From Vicugna vicugna (taxonomy: Eukaryota), in NCBI GenBank assembly GCA_013265495.1, contig MU058384.1, positions 3,447,010 to 3,511,009 on the forward strand: a stretch of DNA of 64,000 nucleotides. Reading direction: 5' to 3'. Of this stretch, positions 53,985 to 64,000 are shown piece after piece. Made by a program: the position numbers and the translations under genes. Position 1 is the stretch's first letter, and every line of letters begins with the position of its first letter. Under the pieces are notes generated by a model. The model ran no database searches and was not told the origin of the DNA. It worked only from the letters and a program-made list of their open reading frames with translations.

Positions 53985-54038
53985 TGACCAGAAATTGACA
54001 CAACATTGTAAACTGGCTATAACTCAATAAAAAAAAAA
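53985..54038 (+). mobile_element. Very short young L1 3' tip
   Basis: ccagaaattgacacaacattgtaaactggctataactcaataaaaaaaaaa, nearly identical to the tail of the L1 at 21560-21606. Confidence 0.8.
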
Positions 54039-55519
54039 GACAGACATTTTGGAGATCACAAAATGTGGAGAAAATCATGTCTCCACTCTCAGAAAGCTAA
54101 TTTCTAAAAGGGAAGGGAAGGGAAGACATTCATACAAGAAATGACATAAGGCAGCGGGACTGATTTTCTGACAGTGGAGCTGACATACCCAAATTAATAA
54201 TGACATCTTCAAAATAGGCATTTTAGAGAAAAACCCCCCAATGTATTCCCTAAACTCTTTTTATCAGAGTTTCAGCTAGTTTCACACGTTGGTCAGAATA
54301 ACCCATTAAGTGGCAAACTTTCGTCTTGAAGGTGGGGTTCAGTTTTCGAAAGCATTCAAAGCCACTTCCAAAAAACTTGGGTGATCAAGCTGGGAAATGC
54401 TATGCTGGGCAAAAACAAGTGTGACTCTTTGAAACAATGAGATGGAATTTTGTGCATGTTTATAAGCTACCTCTGAAGACAACTGTAGCTATAATGGCAT
54501 GAGCTGAGCAGTACCAGGGAATAATTATAAACCCTCTTCAAGGAACTGCTTGGAGTGTGTACACTCTTTCTGATGCATAAACGCCAATGTTTTTATTTTA
54601 AGAAGTAGTCTCTATTTTAAAGTCCTACTTGATACCAAACACCAACAGCAATATTCAGAAACATGTTTAAGCACATAGATTACTTACTGAGGTGTGGCTA
54701 CAAAGAAGTAACATGCTTTTTATGTGTGACTTATGTATCACTCACCCATATAAACATTCACTTCCCTGCCAGGGAAAGCACGTGTTGATGGATTGTGCCC
54801 CAGATTCGGAAAATACCTGCTTCACGAGAGCAGGGCCTTCTGTGTGTTTCTAGCCTCTGCTGCAGCCTAGTGCTATCAGTTTCTGTTTCTAGTAGGTGCC
54901 CCGTATCAGAGTTGAATAAATGATGTGACTGTGTATATTTCCAGCAGGAAAAACTTCAACAAAGGAGAAATACTCAGATTTTCCTCGTTGAATTTCTCAT
55001 ATCTCTCCTTAGAAGCAATCATCTATAACATGCAACTTTACTGTGATCATTCTTCTTCCCACTACACTGCTCTTTGGACCATTTCCTAAAGGCAGTGAGT
55101 GAGTATCCTGGTAGAAAGAGCCTTGTTGTCATCAGAGCACTTGGGCTCAAGCATCTTCCAAGAATGGCTGGATAACCACAGGCAAGTTGATCAGCCTCTC
55201 TGAGCCTCTACCTTCTCAGCTGTGAAAGGAGACTGGTAACTAGGGCGGACAATACTGAGCTAACCATCGCTGAGCTCGTTCTCTGTGCCAGGCACTACTC
55301 TAGGAACTCGAGATAAAGAATCTTACTGAATCATCCCAACAAGCCTCTGAAGCAGATCGTATTATTGTTTCACTTTCCAAATGAGGGAATTGAGTACAGA
55401 GGTTGAATAACTCACTTCAGGGCACACAGCTGGTAGGCAGTAGAACAGGGAATAGGTCCCCAGTGTGGCTCTGGAATTCTTGTTCTTACAACTTCTCTCT
55501 GACCTACTCACATAAACCA

Positions 55520-55900
55520 TTATTTTTTTAAACTGTAATAATACATTTTATTTAACTCAATACAGTATACCCCCTACAACCGGAAGTCAGCCGTCTGCGA
55601 ACTGGAAGGGGGCTCTCACCAGAATGCGATCATGTTGGCACCATGATTTTGGACTTCTGGCCTCCAGAACTGTGAGAAATAAATTTGTGTTGCTTATTTT
55701 AAAAATACAGTATATACCAAATATTATTTCCATCTGTAATTAATATTAAAATATTAATGAGATCTTTTACATTTCTTGAAATATGAAGTCTTGAAAATCC
55801 GGCGTGGATTTCACAGAGCACATCTCAACTTGGACTGGCTACATTTAGAGTGTTCGGTAGCCTCAGTGAGGCTCATGGCTACTATGTTACACTGTCCAGC
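55520..55900. mobile_element. MER3/MER33-like hAT-Charlie relic, interrupted by an LTR-derived insert
   Basis: atacattttatttaac..aatattaatgagatcttttacatt..agcacatctcaacttggact.gctacattt..gtgttc..tagcc..tggctac. Confidence 0.65.
55570..55703 (+). mobile_element. MLT1/MST LTR fragment flanked by 11-bp direct repeats
   Basis: ctctcaccagaa..catgttggcaccatgattttggacttctggcctccagaactgtgagaaataaattt. AATACAGTATA at 55559-55569 and 55704-55714. Confidence 0.8.
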
Positions 55901-56933
55901 TGAGGTCATTGGATCCTCATAACACTGCCCATCAGTCAAATTTAGGGACTTCAGAGTCACCTTTATTTCCTTTTCGTTTTCTCCCCTTTTCTATTCCGTG
56001 GTGACAGACTTGTACTTCCTAGAATCTGTCAGGATTTACAGCTGAATTGGCACATTTTCTTCCTTTATTTTCAAACATCCAAAAAGAATAGTCTGAATTA
56101 TCCTTAATTTCTGAATTAATTTATTCTCTGAGTTCACTAAAATCAGACTTCTATGTTCAGTACTTTACAGAAATTCCTTGAAAAACCCTCTCAGTGCTAA
56201 ATACAATGGCTTCCAGATATCCGAGCAAACTCAGGCACTTGTAAATACTTCCTCCTTGAAACTTCCTTGTCCCCTGTCATATAAGCAATTAGTAGAAGCC
56301 AGTGAGATAGGGCAGGTGGCAGTGCCCTGTATAATGTACAGTATTATTACAGAGAAAACAGAGACCGAGCACATGTGCAACAGCAAGCGGGCAAAGAAAT
56401 AATAAAGAAAGAATAGTGGGATTGGTAGAGGAAGATAATCAAGTTCAAAGGAACTAATGTTAACACCATATGCTCCCCCTTTATAGAAGACAAGTATCTT
56501 TTCTCAGGTAAATACTTCCTGGGTCACACTTTAAGTGCTGTTTAGATGATTCACTTTTTAAGGGCACTTGATATATAATCAGTGGAGGTGGGGCGTGGAG
56601 AGGAGGAAAGAGGACTTAACGAGAAATAAGTTTATAACTTGAGACAAAAGAAAATATGCCTTTCCTTTCAGCATGATGAAGTTAGAACAATACTTCAGAT
56701 AATCTGTGTGAAGGCAGCAACACTGTTTGGCTCTCCTTTGGTGGAGGTTAGGATGAGTTATTTACAACTTTTGGTCCTGATATTGGTTAAACACCCTCTG
56801 GTGCTTTTTGTACATCAACAGCTATTAACCCCATTTCCCATAGCAGAAAACTCATTCAGGAGGGTTTTTTGTTTGTTTGTTTGTTTGTTTGTTTGGTCTT
56901 ACAAGCATAGTAAGATATTCTCCTATTTCAAAA

Positions 56934-57421
56934 TGAGGGAAGAGGGAAGCGGGCAGGGCCTAACCATTAAAAGAATGACACAGCAACTGAGGATAGTTTA
57001 ACTGATTTGAACCAACCAGGTCCAAGATCATGGAAGATTCCAGTAGACCTTGAGCCTCATTATACGCTCATTGTAATACATTGCTGCTAAATGGCACACC
57101 CAAGGCGCCATGACAGTTCCCAGGCTGACCATGGAAGGCCAAAAACTGAGTGGGAGCCCAGTTCCTAGAAACCCTCTCCCCTTCCCCAAAATAGTTGGAC
57201 TAATCCTCCCACTCATCAGCATATGAAATTACCCAGCACATAAAAACAAAACGCCCTCGCACCCCGGAGACCGTCTCACCTTCTCAGGGGACCCCGTCTC
57301 CCCTGGCTGCTTTCCCACCTGTCTATGGAGTGTGTATCACTGAGGAAATCTCCTTTCACTTTACTGTGGCTCTCTCTTGAATTCTTTCCTGCACAAGACA
57401 AGAACCTATGCTCTGGCAACA
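56934..57421 (+). mobile_element. Solo ERV LTR (488 bp)
   Basis: TG..CA termini with AAAA on both sides. LTR-like body (cttccccaaaatagttggactaatcctcccactc; ctctcttgaattctttcctg..aagaacc). Confidence 0.78.
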
Positions 57422-60247
57422 AAAAGACCCTTGGCAGTGTGTAGAGACCACTGGCTTCCTTCATTAAAAAGCATCTGTTGACTATCTTCTGACTGTACTG
57501 ACCCTCTGAGTGTAATGTAAGTTTACCAAGGTCATTTCAAACTCTCAAAATTTAGTGCTTCAGGCAGTTCCACATTCATTCAGATACTTGTGTGAATCTG
57601 GGTCTTACCCTGTCTCCACGATTTATGTGAGCCCCAAAGATCCCTGGTTAGTTCAGTTCAAGGGTACTTATTTGCCAGGCAGTGGGGTTACAAAGATTCT
57701 TGTAAAACATGGTGCCCAACGTCAAACAGCTCAGAGCCTGGTCATTCCTTCACTGCTTGGCTTCAGAAAGACAGATGGGGCTGGAGGGCTGGAGACATTC
57801 TCTGGGCAAAACTGGGCAGGGACTCCTCAGTGCTGAGCTTCCCTTAGTCAGTCACGAGCTAGACTTGAGTGGCTCCAAGGGGGAGTCCCCTGAGGTGAAC
57901 ACACTTGACTGTTCAGCCCCTCACAGTCTTCCTCGGGAGCGAATGAACACACCGTCCATAAGGGGAAGGTCAGAATGCCTCAGCCCCAGAAGACAGAGTC
58001 TGGGTAACCATGAGACTGATGACCCTGGCCCTTTGTGAGGTCAGTCTGAAAAGTTCACCCCTTTTTACTAGTGTTCATCAGCCACCAATTTATGCATAGA
58101 CTTTCCCCACAGCGTAACGAAATGGAAATACCTTTTACTGTCAGACATACAATTAAAACTGCAACATATGTAGACAATAGCCCTAGTATTAGCTTTGAGG
58201 CCTTTGGGAAAATGTCCCATACTATTTCTTTACACTTAGAGAAAGGTAACTATATGGTAACTCTTGGAACCAATGTAGCAGCAGTTTTATAAAACTCCAC
58301 TAATGAGGTTGTCATAGATTTATCCATTTCTAATGCCATTTACCTATTGTCTTCCTACTAGAAGGACCCAGGAGGAGACACAGGACTTTCCCTTTGTGGT
58401 GCTATAACACAGATGAAGCCGGGGTAAAAGACTTTCCCAAAGGCCAAGATCAATGGAGAGGAAATAAACGCTGAGAGGGAACACAAGTCTGAACGACATG
58501 ACTCACGAGACATAACTAACCCATCATCACTTGGAACTTCATTAGGTGGAAACCTCCTTGCTGACCTCTCACAGCCTTGCTGGGGCAGAAGCCATCTTAA
58601 ATACCCACAATTTAAGGGGTCCCCTCAAGTCTCTCTCTGTGGCAGAGTCCACAACCCAGTCAGGGCTGCTCGAAGGAGCTGGAGTTCCTACCCCTCTCTT
58701 GGGTCTTCTGAGTTTCATATTCTCTTGAAAGACTAGCCTCCTCCCCAGTGACTGTCGTCAGGACTGTCCACCCCCTTTAGTGGCTGCCGTGCCTACCCTA
58801 CACAACATCACAGCATAATCATGTCATTAAAGTAGTACAAGCCAGTATGCATTAAATGGATGCACACATGGAAAAACAAGGCATCTTTATGTTCCAAAAG
58901 GTACGATAGAAGGGTACCAAAATTGTAAAGGCATGAAACAGCAGAGTGAGTGAGGGTAGTGTAGATAATTTGGTGTGACTGATGAACATGGTGCGTTTGG
59001 CAGAATTACAAAAGGAGTGGCCAGACCAGACCGTGGAGAACCTTGTCTACCAAACCGAAGTTGTGATGGTATCACACTCCCAGAAATAAAACTATGAGTG
59101 CCAGTCCAGCAGCTTTGTGAGTTGGGGTATGAAATCAACGGACTGTCAGAGAATCAGAGCTATTCTTCCAGGCCATAAATCTAGGTGAACAGAAATGCTT
59201 TTGTTACCCACAAACTGGCACATGCCTCCTGATATCAACACGGGTGTGACATATTTTGACTTTGCTCTTGATGAAATTATCTTATCAGTGCTGGCAGGTT
59301 AGGAAAATCACTTATCTCAGTTGGAAGGTTTATTCAGGAGTGTCTCTATGTTTTCCAAACTTGAAACAAACAGGGCCTAAAACTTCGCAAAGATGAAAAA
59401 ACCACAAAGAAATACTAGCTATCGATTGTTCTTTTTTAAATGTGCTATTTCTCCTCCTTAAAAACAAAGTGCTAACTCTATTTCTTACCATTCTTTTCAT
59501 CATCAGAACAGAGAAAAGGGCAGGTATGCCTTGATAAGTCCTCATCTGTTGATTTCATTTTCACAACACAGCAGCTCTCTTGCTGATGTGACTCATACCT
59601 CTGCTTCATTGGGAAGTCCTGTTGTTTCCGCTTGGAGAATAGCCCTGGGAGCTGCCCCCACCGCCCCCACCTCCTTAACCACAGCCCCATCTCCCCAGAG
59701 CACAGCCCTCCTCACTGGGGCTGCTATAATTATCTTCCTGGTCTCTTGCCCCCATCAATCTTTCCTCCCCTCAGTAGTGAAGTAATCCATTTGAAATACA
59801 GGTAGGCTCGTGGCATCCACTGCTTAAAAGGCTTCAATACTTTCTTGCTGAATTTCAATTCTGATCCAGCTTCCTTCCCAGGGTTTACAAAGACTGGAGG
59901 ATCAGGCCCTTTGAACTTCTTCAGTTACTTCTTGGCCACTCTCCTCTTCCTCACTTTTTCCAGCAACACACAGTTCCAAGGGTCTTTTAGGATGGGCTTC
60001 TTCCCGTCTCAGGAGTCTCTGCCCAGAACCTGCCCTTCCACCTCACAGCTGACTCCTAAGCCCCTGTCTCAGTAGGTTCTGTGACCCATTCCTCCCACCT
60101 TCTGCCTTCTCGTAGCTGGATCACCAAATGTGCAAGTACTTTCTTTTTTTTCATTTGTGAATGGTGTCTCTCCTCCCGCTGGTCTGGGGGCTTCATAAGG
60201 GCAGGAACATACCTGTTTACTCACCATTAGATATCCACACAGTAGCA

Positions 60248-60700
60248 CCTGTATTCATTTCCTGGACCCGTCGTAAAAAAGTACCACAAACTGAATGGCT
60301 TAAAATAACAGAAGTCTGTGCTCTTACAGTTCTGGGAGCTGGAAGCAGGAAACCGAGGTGTTGGCAGTGCTGTGCTCCTCCCTCTGAAGCCTCTGGAGGA
60401 GGCTCCTTTTTTGCTTCTTCCAGCTTCTGGTGGTCCCAAGTACCTCGGTTTACAGATGCATCACTCCAGTCTTCCATCTTCACATAGTGTTCTCCCTGTC
60501 AGAGCACAGCCCTACTGTGCCTTCAGATGCCTGTCTTCCTGTAAGGACACCAGTGATATTGGAGAAGGGGCCCACTCTACTCCAGGATGGCTTCATCTTA
60601 ACAAATGTATCTACAACAACCATATATCCAGATAAGGTCCATTCTGAGGTAATGGTCATTAGGACTTCAGTATATCCTTTTGGTGAAATTTAACAGCATC
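60248..60700 (-). mobile_element. MLT1-type solo LTR
   Basis: tgtattcatttcct..aaagtaccacaaactgaatggcttaaaataacagaa..acagttctgggagctggaag..gtaaggacaccagtgatattgga..agggcccac..aaggtccattctgaggta. Confidence 0.85.
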
Positions 60701-61249
60701 TAATAAATATGGTTGAATGAATAAATAGGATGACTCTTGAACTGGTATTTCTGATCAGTGAAGGTGGGATTGCCTGTAGTGTTATTCTGTACAGAAGACA
60801 AAGAGCTAAAGCCCAAAGCCAAGGTAAAACATGTGTCTCTACATCTTTCTGTGGTTTCAAATTGTTAGAGAGCCTGTACTCAGCAACTAGGAAGACACCA
60901 GAATAGACTTGAACACACCTTTCTGGAATCCTTATCTTTCTAATCCTCATACAATGTTTGGGAAATGTGTTAAAGCAAGAAGAGGGTTCCTACTTGCATT
61001 CTCTAGGATCAAATATGGGCAGAAATAAAAAAACATTCTGGAAAGAAAAGGAAAGGGCTTCCTGTCACGAGATATGGTGGGAGTCAAAAGATTTTACTTA
61101 TCAGATAAATATTTAATATTTTAAAGAATACTTAAGTTATTTTATACATTAATATCTTAGAATAATACTTGTTTTTTTCCTCATTAGTCTTGCCTTGTCT
61201 TTGTTTAAATTCTACTAAGAAATTTACTTTACAAGGATAGCTGGTGAGT

Positions 61250-61450
61250 GAGGAGGTTGAGAGTATGGGTTCTGAACCCAGTTCCTCCACTTACTAGCTG
61301 TGTGAACTTGTGCAACTTACTTAACTCTTCTGTCCCTCAGTTTTCTCATCTGTATAATGGAGATGATAATAAACATGTTTTCCATGGGGTGGTTATGAGG
61401 ATTGCATGGTTAGGATTGTATGGTAATGATTTAATAAAATGTTGGCTACA
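61250..61450 (+). mobile_element. MIR SINE
   Basis: ccacttactagctgtgtgaacttg..ttacttaactcttctgtccctcagttttctcatctgtataatggagatgataat is the MIR core. Confidence 0.85.
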
Positions 61451-62470
61451 ATTTTTACTGTATGTTAGCCTACTTGCCTCACATCAGCTAAATACTGTAA
61501 TGTACAAAGGTTTTCACAACATCTTTATGTTGTTTAAGTCTTATGTAAATTGAGTTTTATTCATATACTACATCTACTATTAAAGTAGAGTCTCTTAGCC
61601 CATCACGAGTGGATCTCACTCTCAACATTATTTTTAATTACACTTAAAGATCTCTCCTGTCCTACTGAAACTGCAGCTAATCCAAGGGAGCAAGCTGTCC
61701 TTATAACTCTTCTTTGCAGAAAGGTCAAACCTTACCATAGTAAGAACCATCTTTTTCTATTAAGCAAAAACAAATTGCTGACACAACAGCGTAAAATGAC
61801 TATAACTCAATAAAAAATGTAAAAAAAATCCCAAATTATTAAAGTTCCATAATTAACAAAAATTATAACTGATACAGATAAATAAATTACTATCAACTCC
61901 CAATAATTGTTAAATATCCATTTCTGGAAATAAATTTTCTACAAGCAGAGGGACAAGATGTCAAGAAAAAGGACTACATGGCTTAATTTGCTCGGATTTT
62001 TTTTTTTAAAGTGATTCGGAGACTAGCAGACCACGTCATCACAAGGAATATTTTGTGTCCCGGGGAGTCTTAGAGATAGGCTGATACCATGATGTGATGC
62101 CTTTTTTTTTCATGGTAGGTCTGCCCTGGGATAATACTTTGATTTATTGACAAGGGGATATCGTAGGCAATCAGAAAGATAATGTCAATCCAAATGAAGA
62201 ATCTGCAAGACTAAAAGTCAGGATATTCTTTCCCCAGAAATAGTGTACAAAACAGCAACATCTATTTTAAGATGTGTTTCTATCAGTTGTTGAGTTTGCA
62301 TTTATATGTGTGTGCACATGCTATATTTGTAATGACTCTTACTTTTAACCTTGATTATTTTCCCTAATTATCTCAGTTTTACTTTAGAGAGAAAAGTTAA
62401 ATACTCAGAGAGAAGCCTTGTCAGCTGGTCACTGTGTGAGTAGGTGTGGGTTAAGAGTGGGAAGCTTCTC

Positions 62471-62670
62471 AATAGATAAACAGGATTATGCTGTAGAGTA
62501 CAGGGAAATATATACAAGATCTTCTGGTAGCTCACAGCAAAAAAAAATGTGACAATGAATATATATATATATGTTCATGTTCAACTGAAAAATTGTGCTC
62601 TACAGTGGAATTTGACACAACATTATAAAATGATTATAAATCAATAAAAAATGTTGTTTAAAAAAAAAAA
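62471..62670 (+). mobile_element. Young L1 3' end with degenerate TSD
   Basis: aatagataaacaggattatgctgtagagtacaggga..gacacaacattataaaatg..polyA. Flanks aagagtgggaagcttctc and aagaatggaaagcatctc. Confidence 0.85.
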
Positions 62671-63727
62671 GAATGGAAAGCATCTCAAAAGGACACAGCC
62701 TGCCCAATGCCTGCCTGTGATTTCTATTCTTCTAACTCTTTGGAACCACTGCACATCAACTGGCATTGATTGGCTTTTTCTGGAGCTTATATACCATGAA
62801 TAATTATTAATGATTTAATACTGTTCTGTTCTCTCACTAGGTTCCAACTTTTAATCATATTTTTAAGACGAAACAAAGAACTCGGGGAAGTAGCACCATG
62901 TCATATTTCCTAGTCCTTCAAAAGTGGGGAACAATTTCAACATAAACAATTCCAGAGATCTTTCCAGATCTAAAATGCTGTGGTTCTACATTTTCAGTGC
63001 TTAGTATCTTGTAAGAACTAAAATTAGAATAGACAGTGAGTTATAATGGATCTAAAACATTACCAAAACATGGCTCCACAGAACTAACTGAGGAGGAGCT
63101 AAAATATTCTGATTTGTGGCACTTGAGCTCAGAGATGTTTTTTTTTTAAAACCCACTGGTTATTTTAGATATTATGATCCAGGCATATTTTCTCAATGTC
63201 CAGCTATACAAATCTTTATATTCCACAACATTGGTTCCTGTATGTCTTTTAATAGAAGTAAACAATTAACAGAGCTCTCAAAATGCCTGAAACATACCCA
63301 AAATTTTTTAAAGAAATAACATGAAATAAAATAAATAGATTGCCCACTTTAATTTAATTCAATTGGAGGAGCACTGTTATGAGGAAACAAAGCAATTTCA
63401 CTTTTCTGAAATATTTACTCTGGTATGTGCTGTCAATCATTAATGTTCATTGATTCAACAGAAATTTTGATGAATGTGATTTATCATGGTTTAAATGATC
63501 CCCTAGAAAGGCCACATCAATTGTTAAAGCAATTCTGAACTCTGGTAGTAATAGGTTAAATAAGAGGAATTAATAATGTGATAATAATACTAAAACATTA
63601 AGAAATTTTCTCATTATGCCATTCCGTTTTTTGAAAAGAAAATATATTTCATGAGAAATGTTGTGAAATGTGTATATACCGTCTCTGCAAGTTTACATTA
63701 TGGGTAAATCATATGTATGACCACAAT

Positions 63728-63915
63728 TTTGGTAGTCAGCCTCCAAGGTGCCCTTCAGCAGTCCCCTCCTTCTCACAGCCTGTATATTCCCCTCCCACAC
63801 TGGATCTGAGTTGCTCTGCGTGACCGAAAGAGTAAGATAGAAGTGATGGTACAGTTTTCCAAGGTTAGGTTATAAAAGATACGGTGGCTTCTGTCTTGCT
63901 TTCTCCCTCTTGGCT
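63728..63915 (+). mobile_element. MLT1-type LTR 5' fragment
   Basis: tggtagtcagcctccaagg..tcccctcccacactg..gtgacc..gaagtgatgg..aggttaggttataaaaga..ggcttc. Confidence 0.7.
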
Positions 63916-64000
63916 GGTTTCATTCAGAGTCTCTCATGCAACTTCAGTGTGTGGCAAATGGGGCTGGAACGGTCACAGTGGCTTCATTCTGGCCCTTTGG

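Larger units (their letters stand above)
44308..64000 (+). other. Probable intron 1 of IL20RA (continues beyond the window)
   Basis: Begins at the GT donor and is repeat-rich. I found no sequence encoding the expected fibronectin-III start (VPCVSGGLPKP-like). Confidence 0.7.

Noticed and set aside
62821..62860. Possible IL20RA exon 2 acceptor (ctgttctctcactag|gttcc)
   Set aside because: In the required phase it reads G-S-N-F-stop and does not resemble the expected cytokine-receptor domain.
1..64000. CRISPR array, operon or other novel multi-gene system
   Set aside because: This is mammalian intergenic and intronic DNA with no regularly spaced repeat-spacer array and no cluster of credible coding sequences.

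Overview
Eukaryotic (mammalian) genomic DNA, most likely from a camelid: the tRNA-derived SINEs look like the camelid Vic-1 type and there are young L1 3' ends. The window is AT-rich and repeat-dense, with one CpG island (~43.8-44.65 kb). The island carries the first coding exon of a + strand gene that I recognise as IL20RA (interleukin-20 receptor alpha): ATG at 44154, a signal peptide ending ...LLLLVAAPSGRA-G, and a phase-1 GT donor at 44308. About 44 kb upstream is intergenic and the last ~20 kb appears to be intron 1; I found no convincing exon 2. Almost all other ORFs in the track are spurious or transposon-derived (L1 ORF2, Tigger1 transposase, ERVL pol). I see no evidence for a new multi-gene system. 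The most notable local oddities are a CTG-expanded 51-aa signal peptide preceded by an ATG-TGA start-stop, a tailless retroposed 5' half of tRNA-Lys(CTT) with a 16-bp TSD in intron 1, a perfect 45-bp fold-back at an L1 5' end, and an LTR fragment that looks retroposed from its own polyA site. Gene and repeat family names come from recalled sequences, not from a database search.
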